From Bigelowiella natans CCMP2755 (lineage: Eukaryota; Protista; Cercozoa): DNA of 64,000 nt. This document shows positions 26,714 to 40,730 of this stretch, piece by piece; within the stretch, counting starts at the first letter, position 1; the number at the start of each line of letters is the position of its first letter. The DNA lies in the NCBI GenBank assembly GCA_000320545.1, contig ADNK01000770.1, forward strand, positions 1 to 64,000. Reading direction: 5' to 3'. Below the pieces are notes generated by a model that saw only the letters and a program-made list of their open reading frames with translations, made no database searches and had not been told where the DNA came from. Made by a program: the position numbers and the translations under genes.

Positions 26714-29688
26714 ATGTCATCGGATCACGAGGATGAGGAATTGAAGCGTGTTGGATCAGGAGGAGAACGAGGAGCTGGAGCACCATCCAGTCCGCTTTCC
26801 CACCGAACATTGAGGTCTTCCTCCTCATTCCGGAGAGCGGGAGACACCCCTGTCTCCAATGTCTCCCGAGGCGAAAGGGAGGATGAAGAAGAACCAGAGG
26901 GAGAAGATCTGTTCGACGATAATAACTTGGAAAGGTATCTGCATAATTCACATGGGTGAATACTGACTTCGTTTTGAGTGCCGTTCTTGATTCTGTACTC
27001 TGGTTTAATATATGGTAGGGACTACCGTGCTATTCCTGAGCTTGATCGTTACGATGCGAAGGGTCTGGATCAGAAGTAAGAAATGAGATTATTCATTCAT
27101 GCAATCATGAACGCAGAATATGATTACTCTTTGTTCGTAGACGCCAATCAAGAACAGGTAGGGTTAGGGTTAGTTACCTGGAGCAGCTGCGTGCTGTACA
27201 CACCACTGCCACCGCCTATAGAAGGTCGCGTGCCTCGAGCTTTCGAGGATGATGACGAGCCCGAAGAAAGACCACGAAGGCGACGACGCATCCAAGGGGA
27301 TGGTGTTGAGCTCGAGAATGCAGCCGAGGTATCATTTAAGCAGGAATGCATGTGTACTTCACTTTTCTTTTGGATTTATGATGTTTAATAAAAATATTTT
27401 TTCACATAACCTTTTGTCTGTTTCAGGAAGGATCCTCCTACGTTAATCTGGATGATTACCACGGATCTCTTCGAGAGTGGCTGACCAATGAGAGAGTCCA
27501 AGAAGAAATCCGCCGCCGATTCCGTCTCTTCTTAACGAGTTTCTCTGAGAAAGAAGGAGATCGTGCACTTTATCCCGGCCTCATTTCAAATATGTGCTCA
27601 GCAAACAAGGCAAGTTTGGTCGTGAGCTATCTTCACTTGAGTACGTCCGTCCCTACTCTTGCAATTTGGGTTGCTGATGCTCCGGGTCCAATGCTGGAGT
27701 TGTTCGACAAGGTTGCTCAGGAAGTGACGCTCACTCTCTTCCGAAATTACGACCAAATCCAACCCCAGATTCATGTACGAGTCAAAGACCTTCCGATTGT
27801 TGACAGCCTTCGAGATTTACGGGCAATGCACCTAACTGCCCTTGTGAAAGTAACGGGCGTGGTCACGCGCCGTACCCCAGTCTTCCCTCAGCTCCAAATG
27901 GTTAAGTTTAACTGTGCGAAATGCGGATTTCTGATGGGACCATTCTATCAAAATGGAGACAAAGAGGTCGACCCTGGAAGCTGCCCAGAGTGCCAGAGCA
28001 ATGGTCCATTCCGACTGAATGTCAAGCAGACTCTGTATCGCAACTACCAGCGTATCACGGTACAAGAGAGCCCGGGTTCTGTGCCTGCTGGCCGTGTTCC
28101 AAGGCAAAAGGATGTCATTCTCTTGCACGATCTTATCAATGTCTGTCGACCCGGTGAGGAAGTCGAAGTGACTGGCGTCTTCGAAAGCAACTATGATGCT
28201 TCTCTGAACAGCCAGCAGGGATTCCCAGTTTTCCATACTGTCATCAAGGCTAATCATGTCAAGAAAAATCAGGGCAAAATGAGCGATTCTATCAGTGACG
28301 ATGACATCAAGGCCATTCGCAAATTGTCGAAAAATCCGATCATATCGCAAATGATTTTCAACTCTATGGCGCCATCTATTTGCGGCCACGAGAACATCAA
28401 AAAAGCCCTCGCGTTGTCGCTCTTCGGCGGTGTAGAGAAACGATTCAAGGACAAACATCGCATTAGAGGAGACATTAACGTCCTCGTAATGGGAGACCCT
28501 GGATGCGGCAAGTCGCAATTTCTCAAGTATGCCGAAAAAACCTCTCACCGGGCCGTCTACACAACGGGGAAGGGAGCTTCCGCTGTCGGTCTCACAGCTG
28601 CTGTTAGTCGTGACCCGCTCACGAGGGAATGGACTCTAGAAGGAGGAGCCCTTGTTCTTGCAGATCAAGGCGTCTGTCTAATTGACGAATTCGACAAGAT
28701 GAACGACCAAGACCGCACCAGTATTCATGAAGCGATGGAACAGCAGAGCATCTCCATCTCCAAAGCTGGTATTGTTACTAGCCTTCAAGCTCGTTGTGCA
28801 GTCATAGCTGCTGCCAACCCTATTAAAGGCAGGTATGACTCGACAATCAGCTTCTTGGAGAATGTTGATCTTCCGGACTCGATCTTATCGCGATTCGACT
28901 GCTTGTGCGTTGTGCGGGATATCGTTGACACTGCGAAAGATGACCGCATTGCAAACTTTGTTGTACAAAGTCACATGAAAAGCCATCCTAAAGGATCGAA
29001 GCAGGCAGAACAACTCTCACAGTCACAGCAAGTTTCACAAGAATCAACATCAACCATAGACACTACCAGCGACACCAAGTCCAGGTTACCCAAAATTGAT
29101 CAGGAGATGCTGAAGAAGTATCTGCTTTACGCCCGGAATACTTGCAAACCGAAGCTACATAACATTGATGAAGACAGGATTGCAAAGCTGTACTCTGAGT
29201 TGAGAAGGGAAAGCGTGAGCTCTGGAGGCATTCCAATCGCTGTTCGCCATATCGAGTCGCTGATTCGCATGGCAGAGGCCCATGCAAAGATGCACCTTCG
29301 GGAGCACGTTAATAGTGATGACGTGGACCTCGCAATAAGTGTCATGGTTGACAGTTTCATCAGCACACAGAAGTTCAGCGTGAAGCGGGTTCTCCAGAAG
29401 CACTTCAGGAGCTACCTCAACTTCAAGAAGGACTCCTTCCAGCTCTTGCTCTTCACTCTGAACGAGCTCGTACGAGAAAAGGCTAACTTCCTCGGACTTC
29501 CAGAAAGCGATGATATCGATCCGTATGAAGGAAGGGTTGAGGTCAGCATGGACGACTTCGAAGATAAGGCTCGGGAGCTCGAAATCCCTGAAGTAACTGA
29601 CTTCTACAGCAGCAACGTGTTCAGGTCAAATCACTTCACGTTGGACCAGAAAAACAAACTTATCGTTTTTAGAAATAACAGAAGATAA
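26714..29688 (+). CDS. MCM2: DNA replication licensing factor MCM2
   Basis: N-terminal EGEDLF..|DYRAIPELDRYD histone-binding motif, C4 zinc finger CAKC...CPEC, Walker A GDPGCGKSQ, Walker B IDEFDKM, arginine finger SRFD. Last exon ~27427-29688. Confidence 0.97.
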
Positions 29689-30900
29689 TTTTCCACGGAA
29701 AAGTGGAGAAATGTTCTGAAAGCGAATACTCCGCACCCCATAATGAGATGAATCGGTTCAATGCACAATGGTATCATCAAACCAATTGAATATGCATTAA
29801 CCACCACCATATGCATGCAAAAATTCACTACCTCATGTAAAAATACGTGTTTGATATTTATTCATTCAAATATTTTGGACATACTTGAGCTTCGTCGTGT
29901 CGTGTGTGTGTCGCAGCGTTTCAGCTACTAATCTTCCCATGTTGCATACGGAGCCCGCTAGATCAATAACACTACCTGATAAACAAGCTTTCAGTCTACA
30001 TAAGCGCGCGTGATGACAACTATTGACACTATGTGTAGCACATGGATGCACGCATCGCACGTGTATTGCTCGTTGCCCAGCTGCGTCGTGCTACATGCTA
30101 CGTAAGTCTGTCTACTGACATAGGCTACATGCATGCATGGCTACGACTGATATATCACGCCTAAATTGTAATATGCGCTCGCATGGATACCATGCCATAT
30201 ACATTAGACGGGTGTTATGAAGTGATTAAAATTGCCATGACACTCAAGCATATATACCGGATATTGAACGTCGTACAGCACACATAGCTAGATCGCTACA
30301 TGCATGACGATATGACTGCATACTCCAGCAGCTAGCTAGTAGCAGCAGTATAGCAGCAGCAGCCACAAATTAAAATTAAATATGTCAAGCAACGCGTACG
30401 TTCAAGCATAATACTACGAACTAGCACTTGATTGTGACATTTTAACATTATTGTGCCGCATTAGCGATCAAGCTCGCGCATAATTTTGTAGACAACGCAA
30501 TATAATATATATTCAAATACATGCAGCATATATGACAACAGAAACAAACAGATTCAACATTAGCGCTGTAGCCGCTGCTTTGCACAGCTAGACAGCTACA
30601 TCAGGGTGACCATTGAACAAATTTAATTTATTCATTATATCCATCTACCATTATAAATTTAATATGATATTACTGTGTCTATTATTAACTAAGGCTACAT
30701 TCAGCCCTAAATATGCCTATGACTGCTCTGTGCGTGCATGCATTTATACACAGCTATGCTAGCACAATAATACATGAACTGGTTGTCACTGTACCAGCGT
30801 AAATATAAATGTATCATATCACTCAGTAAGTGCCGTGCACATATCACTAGATAACATCGACGGTAATATTTATACATCAGCTATTTTGTATACATTACAG

Positions 30901-31744
30901 CTACCCCCAAAGCTTTCCGTATGTGGCTAAAGCGAACACTACCCCTGTAACTGGAGCCCCAATTCCAACTAATATCAACACAGTCAAGATGTTGAAGCTT
31001 GATCCTTTGTACCTGAAGCATAATGACGATTCTTGCTAAAATATCAAATCTTCGGATGAGAATGAAAGGGAAATCTGTGCATACTTGTCTCCATCCCAGG
31101 CATCCGTGTAAAGATCTTTTCTCTCCTATCAGTAAAGTGATCGTGAATAAACCATTGGCTTCTAAAAACATCTCTTACTTCAACATGAAATACCTTCCCA
31201 TTGTTTGCAATCATGTTTGCCTCCCGTCTCTGAGCGATCTGCATGCGAAACGTGACGTGTCATAATGTAGAATAAGAGCAGCACATCATCGTGCATTTAC
31301 CTCCTCATTATCGGTTCGCCCTTGGTTGGGATTCCTAAATATGTTTGCAGCCTTAAATTTATGTGTAAGTATTGAAATTGATTCACCTTGTTTCCTTGAA
31401 CCAATCTTGAAAATCATCCTCGCTTTCGAAGCAACGAGTCTTTTGTATAGAAATGAAGAGGCAAGGCTGCGAGTCAAACTTTGGTCAGAATGTAGAGAAA
31501 TAGGTTTCTGACCGGAATTCGTAGTGACCCTATCTGTGGCAAGAATCTAGCGCTCGAACGGAAAGAATTCGAAATGCGATTCCGGGAATTTACAACCAAC
31601 GCCTTCTTAAAACGCGTGCCTTACAGAAACATCAGATGCTCGTCACAATCCAGCTTCAAAGTTGGTGGCTGACTACTTACCCGTCCCCATACTCGACATC
31701 TGTATGCCTAGGACGACCGCTGCTAAGCAGACCAAGCTAACCAT
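30901..31744 (-). CDS. Small plastid-targeted single-pass membrane protein of unknown function
   Basis: Spliced MVSLVCLAAVVLGIQMSSMGT|GTRFKKALVVNSRNRISNSFRSSARFLP (signal + S/R-rich transit-like peptide) ... ERKDLYTDAWDGDK|YKGSSFNILTVLILVGIGAPVTGVVFALATYGKLWG*. Intron phases are consistent. Confidence 0.75.
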
Positions 31745-33007
31745 CAGGACAGCACTCAAACGATGCCCCCTCACCCCGCTCTTCATTGTGGGGTGCTTGT
31801 TAATTCCAGACTGACGACGTCGACGGACGTAGTTCCGGTGATTTTCCCTAGAAATATTCTAATCGGAAAAACATCGAATGTTGAATTCTTCTTTCAAGCG
31901 GGGTTGTGCATGGGTGATAGAGCTTGTCGCGAGATCAAAACCGACTCCGTTTTCGTGTATTTGTAATCGCATTATCATCATACTGTCTTCTCGTTCCGAC
32001 GGGCCGAGCCCCTCTGTCCCTCTTCACAAGAGAATACTCGTAGAAATGGTCGGGATCGATCCTTCGTAGGCCTCTGCGTATCGTCCTTTCCGTTTCCTAT
32101 GCTATGCTATGGATACTGTGTCATATAAAAGTGGAGAAAACATATGAACGGTGTGGACTGTAAGTTTCCAGTAAAAAATGAGTTCCTCCATCACTATGAG
32201 TTGTTGAAGAAATCGAATCTCAACCCATCACGACCTCGGGGATATCTGTGTTCATCACTTGCTATAGGACGCTTAAAGCTTTTCTCAATAAAGATACCGT
32301 GACCTGATTTCGGTTTGATTGATGTCCATCGTTGCTATAGTCGCTACAACTTTAATCATACTTCCGGAATCCGGAAACACAAGGAAGCGAAGAAGAGTGC
32401 CAAATTCGTTTAGACTTAAGATTCGCGATAAAGTAAAGCTAAATTCAAATTGCATCTGCAATTTGTATTGATCTTCGCTATGTTATAGTAATGAGTATTT
32501 TATACGATGTAGTTTTTTCTCTAGAGATTTATCAATCATTACAGAGCTTGGTTTAGACTAGCCATAACCCATCAATTAATGATTAAATCGTTTTGCGGTA
32601 CCCTTTTTAGACCAAGATCATCAAGTACAACATTAGGCATGATGCATGCATGTGTAACGAATTCTACTGCTACTAGGTGCAAGACATGCAACAAAGCCAT
32701 CCAGCCATGGCGATGTGCTCATCATGTGCGTGCACATTGCGCTCGCTTGCATCGCATGCGCCGCCGCTGATTGAGCTAGGGAACATGTCATTGTGTCGAG
32801 ACAATGGGCGCGCAATCACATCATGCTCAGAACAACTCAACTTGAAATTGGCACTCTTTTTCTCCATTCGATTCATTGAAAATGATGCACACACCGAAGC
32901 GCACCAAGCTACAAAATGATCATCACTGCCTGTACAACAGGTGGCAGAGACGTGCGCATCATTTTGCATTCGCGAAAAATGTAGAAAGCTGTGACTAATC
33001 TTCAAGA

Positions 33008-36000
33008 TTATTCTTCCGCCTTACCCTCGGATCCCGTCGCCATCATAGTCGCATACTCTTTACGTTTATTTCCTCTCCAAATATCCTCATCGTCCGTCCG
33101 AATCTATGACATTATACACAATCCCCGAGCGGGGGGTTGCAAAGCTCAAATTTCATACATGAAAGAATTTCAAAATTCAATAGCGTTCACACTCTCTAGA
33201 AAGATTTTCTGCTTGTACATCAACCTTTTTGTACTGTGTAAGAAGCTCTGGTACATACGGAGCCATTATTCGTCTGTAAGTAAATGGGAAAAAAGGTGCA
33301 ATATGATCTTCATTGAACGGAAAATCACTGTACAGCAAGAAAAACATCAATGGTATCTCGAAAGGAAGCAGCCGTAACATAGATGTCTCTGTCTAATTAC
33401 GGATTATCTCTGAGCCAGGAGAGCAGAAATTCACACCTAAGCAGTGCCCAATACAACGCCTGTCATTCTCAGCAATAATTTATAGAAAATAGAAGAAAAG
33501 CCTTACTTGTTCTGCGCAATGAGGAATTTGTGAAGTAGTCTCTCTTTAGCTTTCTGTTCGATTATAGACGACAACTAGATTATAGAAATCCTTTACGATG
33601 ATAGCTGAAACATTCATTTCTTTATTTTTTTCAGATTCTCCATTCGTCCATCTTCTATCGGTGTCTTTGAGTGACCGGTGGAGTCTTTCCTCTATCAAGC
33701 AGCCACTTCGGGCTCTAAAAAGGAGAAAATAATCAGACGTAATAAGGAAACAGAATGGTGATGATGGAAAAGCTTTTAAATAGCGAATTCATTACTGTTT
33801 TCATAGTAATACCTTTTCTTTCGTTACGACGCCATACTTCCCTTCCGGTATTTTCTGATGCAGATATATCGAGAGCACATCGCAATGCTCACCATCAAAA
33901 ATGTTTGAGTTGCGCCTCTCAAGTTTCAGGGGGGGAAGGGGGGAAGGAGCGAAGTCCAAAACATAGTAGGTGAAGTTTGAATGGTGGCAGTAGTAGAGTA
34001 GTAAACGCTGATGATTCACCTGTTCGGTAATGTTGCTTCTTAGATCAATTGATGTCTGCGTAGTGTGTACAAAACAAATCGGTCATACCAGCCAAACCAT
34101 TTGTACTCTACCCCCCTTCTCTCTTTCTAATGCTGTCTTGCATCAGAAAGTAATCGCGACCTTGTTGAAGAGATTAATCATATCGGAGAGAGCTGGAAGC
34201 GCGTAAATCAATGGATTATCAACTTCCCCTACACATTTAATAAGAAGTGCGTAGATTAATGGATCATCATCAACTTCCCCTACACACATTCAACAAGACT
34301 CAGCATATCCATAGGACAAACGATGTGAACCCAGATCCCCCATCCCATGCTTTCTAGGACGAACGATACCGAGAAGAATGTGCGTGGAGTCCAATACAGC
34401 TCTCGATCTAATGAGAAATAGCATCTTGAACTACCACCAGCAGGTGTAGGAGCAGCAACATTAGCATAATATAACAATGAATTTGTCATCATTTTCCAAC
34501 GACCTAGTGTAAGCAATGTCACTCGGATTCTCGTGAATATTTCCACAGTCGTATACAGCTCTGTGCACTGCCTCCTCAATATCTGTTATTGAGGAGGAGT
34601 TGAAGTACAATCAAATAGCGAGTCAAAGTCGTGCATACGAGCAAAGTGCAGTTCGGTGCAGTCTTCCGTAGTTGTTCTCCCTTGATGGTTTGCATACCAT
34701 CTTGAATCTCGCCCCTTAATCCACCCGAGCATTCCAACAGGTCCACACATGAACGATAGCGACTGAGATCGATGGGCATTTGTTTGTGTGCGTGCGTGTT
34801 TCCGAGGAAAAAACAACTGTCATGCGGACCACTTACCACATCATATGGTACTCAGAGTTATATACTAAACGAACTTACTATATACTGTTAATACAGTAGG
34901 GGCTGTTTTACTTCTCCATTACTATGCAGACATCAATATTTGCTCCCATTCTCGTAACGCTTATGACTTTGGTCGTCAGCATAACACTACCATTGTTACC
35001 ATCACCTTGCTCTATCTCCCTGGTGCCAGCCATTCTCCAGGCGAGTGACGTAGGCATAGGCCACGATGATGTTTGTTAGTATATACTTTACGCGTGGATC
35101 TGCATTGTTGTGACAACGGTGCATGAGGAGAACAGGAGCGGATGATACCGCATCCAGCCTCATAAAAAAGTCGATTGAGTTATTCTAAGAGTAGTAGTAG
35201 TTGTTGTTGTTGTTGTTGTTGTTGCAGTAGTACCAACAGGACGGTTTCCCTCTATTTTGAACTCCTTGAATGCGGGTACCTGATTGCAGTTAGTGATCAG
35301 AATGGAAGAATCGCTCAATATGCTGCACAAATAGGCCGCATGAGAAGATTGGTGTGTGGGTACGACTGGTGGTATTGTGCTAAGAATAACCACTGCTGAT
35401 CGAGGAATACTCGACTTTTGATGCGTTTCGTTTAGTAGGAGCAGCGCCTGATAGAAGGAGATTGGTGTTGGGTTTGATTGTGTGTACAAAGGAGAACTGG
35501 CCAAATTTGTTCACATTTACACAAGTAACGGTGGAAAAAATGAGGACTTTGATTTAGTGGTGGAAGCCCCTCTCACACATACTGAATTCTTTGTTTGAAT
35601 AAAATCAATATTTATTAGAACCTCTTTATGGCGCACTGATTTAAGCGTTTTTCCTTGATGAGTCATCCAATAGGGCAACCACCTGAGAAAGACGATTACG
35701 ACGTGGTGAACATTTTGTATCAGATGCATAATCGTGATCGGCAGCGGCAGCAAAATTAATCATACATCATATCGTTAACTTGGCCTACATTTCGAGGGCC
35801 AATTTGTCTTCCGCGTTCCTGTCAGTCTTCAACCTGAAGTGCCGTTTGGTTGTTCTTTGAGTCAGGGAGTTTATTCGTCGCCGTTAAGAGGAAATCGCTG
35901 CTCTTCTTACCAGAGTTCAAAGTTTGAAACCAGCTGCTTTTGCATTTGTGGTGGCAGTCGTGCCAAAATATCGTCCGCATCAACCTAATGGAAGTAAGGT

Positions 36001-37129
36001 CATAGAAAAATGGATCCCTCTATTTTTTTGCGGTGAATATTAGCACCTCTGAGTCGTCTAAGTTGATATCTCCTAATCGCGAAATCTGATAGTGGTAAGT
36101 AGGCGGATGGGGGAAGGAATAATGTAGCTCAAGATATGGCAGTATGTCTTGCTGATGTAAAAGTACCACAACCGCTTTCCTTTGCACTTCTACTTGCAAA
36201 GATTAAGATCGTCGTAGTAGTATCTCTCACGGGAAGGAATCCAACATAAAAAGTGGTACTGGTACTATCTCTAATACGATCATGCTACCATATCTTTGTC
36301 GAATCTACTCAGTTCGTTCCAAGTTTCGCCATCAATTTCCTCCCTAGAATTCAGCAGGACGTGATAATGTTAGTAGATGGCAAATCCAAGTGACTGATAA
36401 AGGTGTCTTTGTGCATACTCTTCTTGCTTGATTTTATCTTGAGTTTGCCTCCGCAAGATATCCAGCATCCTTTCCCTCGATTCCTTGCTTGTGTGGCTCT
36501 ATATTATGTACATTGAATGGCTCTCTCTCATTTGCGGCAATCTGTTGGACGCTTACTACCCTCATGTTATCTTCGAGTTTCGCCTTCGTGTCCTCCTCAT
36601 ATTTGTGAAAGCACTAAGTGTAGTACGAGTTTCATGAAAACAACGTACTTTTTCATTGAGACAGAGCATGGGTAGATATATACCTGCCCATGGTTTTGGG
36701 TATCATTGAAGCATTTCTGAGAGCAGTAGCTGAGGATTTAGGAACAATGCAGTAGTGTGCATGCGGTTAGGAGGTATCGAAGCGTGACGAATGAATTGAA
36801 ACTTACTTAGCGTTGCATCTTGGGCATGTGTAGGCTCCGAATGCTTTCATGCACATCATGCAGAGGGATTTCTACATAAGACACACAATGTTGTTAACCC
36901 TATGACCCAAGATGGAGGAAAGAGCGGACAATGGGAATGCGACATTTCCCACAAACACAAGTAAAGGGACCTGACTCTGTATCGAAGAAGAAACCAACCG
37001 GTCCATATTTCCGTCTCCATTTGCGGACTCTCTGTGCGGATTCCACGTCACCAGTCCAAACGCACAAATAGAGAGTACAGCCCACCGTACGACCCGGAAG
37101 CCTCGATCCCTGCCCCCTAAGAAGAGCAT
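33008..37129 (-). CDS. ZNHIT2: Zinc finger HIT domain protein 2-like
   Basis: zf-HIT CMMC..AYTCPRCN|YCSQKCF...H|C (~36600-36870), then LTNIIVAYAYVTRLENG, ALPALSDM and C-terminal KCEFLLSWL (cf. ZNHIT2 KKCQFLLAW). Confidence 0.8.
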
Positions 37130-37313
37130 GAAAATAGAAGCTAGGATCTCAATCACTCTAGACAGGCAGTGGGCTCAGTGCAAAACCTCGTTCAGCCGTA
37201 CTAGGACTCCTCCTCCCCCCCCACCTACTCCTCATCGTCCGTCTTTTTCTCGCATGTGCCCTGCAGCGGTTGTGATAGTAGTCAAACCCATCGTCATCCG
37301 TCTGTTGTCGTAG

Positions 37314-37359
<46 letters not shown>

Positions 37360-37399
37360 AGATCTTGTTGTCGCAGTTGTCGTCATCATCGGAAGGAGG

Positions 37400-40366
37400 A
37401 AACATCCAGGAACTTTATGCTCGTCATCAACTGGTAGCAGCAGGTGCGACATGGAATTCGGTCTGACGTAGGATTTAATTCGTCTGTATTTATTACTTAC
37501 TGACGTGACAACTCCAAGAACTCGTAATGAGGTCGTGGTTGTTCGGAAGCGGTGAGGACACCGCCCGGGAGAAGGGTGGTACCGATAGCAAGTCATCCAG
37601 CACTGCCGGTGGCAAACCACCGATTATGATCCTGGTCGATAACATCAAATAGCACACAAAAGAAAATATTCTTCATAGTTTTTTTTGTTTAAAACGTCTT
37701 TTTCCCAATGCCATTGTTAGGCTGTAGATTCCGCCCACAAGTCTGGAACGAAATGGGAGGTTAATTTCATTCGATACATGCTTATCACCACGAAGTTACA
37801 CTTACCGTTTATTCATCGATTTAGAATGTTTTCAAAGGATCGAAGATCCCTGAATGTGATCGTCCAATCAAAGTAATGATCTCACCAAGATATATTGCGT
37901 TGAGGAAACACGATGATGGACATACATGTGCACATACAGGTGGTGCAGTGCGGATGGGATGACTTTCATGTGATGGCAGATGGCCCCCACACGTCCACAA
38001 GCTGCATAATCAATGTAACCTAAATTGGAAAGCATGCGTTTCTCGTATTTAATGATACCTTCCGATAATAGGTCCGTACGGAGATCGGGGGGGTGAAGCG
38101 TGTCATTACTGTCAAGCCAGACTTCGTCCTCATTAGAAATGAGGTTGCGTATTTGTGTGTATGTGCCATGTATATGCCATATGTTATATATGCGTATGAT
38201 TTTTGTGGCTTTTATGCGGTATACGCATTTCTGCGAGTCGTTATTGTTTAAAGAGTCACCACACACGAGGTGCCATTGTACGGTTCATCGCAGGTTACGG
38301 CGCTGAGCCACGACAATAGAAATAAGCTCTACGGTCTCATGTATGCAAATGTGCCCAGGTTTGACTTTCTACATATAAATCTGTTGCGATTGATAGTGCT
38401 GGCAATTCCTTGCATCCAGTCCTATTTCCCCTCTCTAATGTTGGTTCACATGTATTATTATCGGTAGTGTCAACTCGTTATCCTCTATTTACATGTTTTG
38501 TGAACGGCCCATCGTGCAAGGTTTGTAGAGTAGTAGTAGTAGAAGTAGTAGTAGTAGTAGCGGCAGCTGCAGCAGTAATATTAGAGCTCCGTATTTTCAC
38601 AGTCTGCACTATCGCTAACGTTATCTTTGACAACTCCAACTAATTCGACCCTATAAGGTGAACTTAATCGGTTGGCCAAGCTCCACAAGGGAAAAGGCCC
38701 CGACAACGAGTTTCTCCTGGTTGGTATTTTTCATCGCTACTGAGTAATGAGGATTGAATCGTTTCCTGGAGGCAACAACCGTAGCCCCGTCTTGAACAAG
38801 GTGGTTCTCACCCCCCCCCCCCCCCCCCCTAGGTGCCTCAGAGTTACTTTGCCTCGTATCAAGGATTCTTCTACGGTAATAATTACATGTAATGACTACA
38901 CCTCGAAACTCTTTCTGATGCCAACACTACCTTACTCTTTCTGCGAACCAATGTAACACTTCAAAGGCAATTCCTTCCCTGCAGTTGTGAAAGTAGGAAG
39001 CGCGCATGCAGGTTTATTATCACCCTCTCTCCTCGTTTCGTCCCTCGTAAAAATCTTAATAGCCTAGCTTAGATTTTACTCTCTTGTTGTCGACTGCGTC
39101 CCTTCCCCGATTTAATAATAAAGGATATGGTAAGATGAAGGTTGCCAACCACAAGGATATGGAGGTCATTTTACCCAGAAAGAAACCAAAATCTAAACAA
39201 TAACAGATGAAGAAGTTGCGGTACACAAATGTATTCTTGCTTATTCAGGACTTTAAGAGCGTGCTCGCAGTTGCTGATAAGTAATTTCTTTTTTTCCCCA
39301 AATTAGTGCATAATACCATTATTGATGTTTTCCGAAACGGTCTCAGATACTGCACGGCAGAGCCTTTCATCGACGGAAAGTATGATCTTCGAATTCAGAA
39401 GATCGGAAACAAGTATCGTGCATTCAAGAGAATCTCGGTCTCAGGCACCTGGAAGACCAACACACAGTATTGAAACAAAAGGGGGGGGGGCTTCGTATGT
39501 TCTCTCATACCTAGTGATAGTTTATGGGGGGGGGGGAGGGGTAGCCTTGGCGGTGACAGTTTTTCTTGAAACTGCTCCACCTGGCCACCTGGTGCTTGTT
39601 TGTGTCGCGATGATCCCTAGTTCTAGATCCCTTATTTTTCTTATTCTTCGTCTTTATCTTCTTCTTCTTCTTCTTTCTTCTTTGGTGTGAAAGGTCATCT
39701 CATGTCGAAGTCATCCCGTTAACGAAGAAGTATAAATTTTGGGCAGATGAAGCGGCCAATATGTTCGGTATGCGCAGCACGTTGTTGCTAAGACCCGTGT
39801 ATATGACCGTAACCGACACAGTAACTGACCTCCTATTTCAGGAGGACTGGATATACTGACGGTTGATGCAATACACAATGCAAAAGATGGCAAAGAGTAA
39901 TAAAAGATCTAACAACAATAGTCGTGCAGCCTTTGATTCTTCGCTACTGCTGCCTAATGTGAGATTACTGTTATCAGATACATAATGGAGGTGAACGGCA
40001 CTTCCTCTGGCTTGCTGCCGACTCACCAAGAAGAGGTTAAAGCTTAGTAATGTCGCAGCAGCAGCAGCAATCTTATAGGCCGTGTAGATGCTAGCCTGCT
40101 ACGTTCCGAGATTGATTAGGATTTTTCGTGCTTCAGGATGATGGCCACATTCGTGACTTGGTGCTTGAAAAGTTGAATAGCATTTTTGGTACAACGGCTT
40201 AGTTAGCGTACTTTGAAACGCAACTATTTTATACGATATATACATGAGGTATACGTGTTGTTTATCATGCTTCGTTTTTGGTATGATTATGAATAGGGCA
40301 ACAGCGAGAGCTGGAGAATGCACCAACAAAGAAATGAATCGTTGCGTTGGCGCTCAATTTATATAT

Positions 40367-40406
<40 letters not shown>

Positions 40407-40409
40407 ATA

Positions 40410-40446
<37 letters not shown>

Positions 40447-40730
40447 ATATAAATCTATTCATCTGAATTCTTCTCCAGCTATAAATGCAGAAATGCTGAC
40501 GCAGCGAAAGAAGTATTAGTCTTAAAAAATAGTGGAAACAAACACATCTTGCATACTCACAACGTGCTTTGTCTAGTTATTGTAATTTCCACACTCACAA
40601 AATGCAACTTGCGCTTTCGTCCGCTCGGTTCCAGCTCTGCCACGTAACATGCATGCAGTAATAATTGCGGATGACGATTGGCGGTGCAACTTGCGGTGAT
40701 GCAGAGTGATAGCAAGCGGTGACGACCATG
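37400..40730 (-). CDS. Unidentified intron-rich gene (fragmentary exons)
   Basis: Several coding-like segments with GT-AG borders, e.g. [34 protein letters not shown] (~39715-39830) and [39 protein letters not shown] (~39320-39435). I could not assemble or name the gene. Confidence 0.35.

Noticed and set aside
27832-28548. 238-aa antisense ORF in MCM2, and similar ones within 4520-5122 and 56500-62000
   Set aside because: Shadow ORFs of long coding exons.
31930-32460. Possible small + strand gene divergent from the plastid protein (GT-AG pair at ~32160/32267)
   Set aside because: No convincing reading frame or homology could be assembled.
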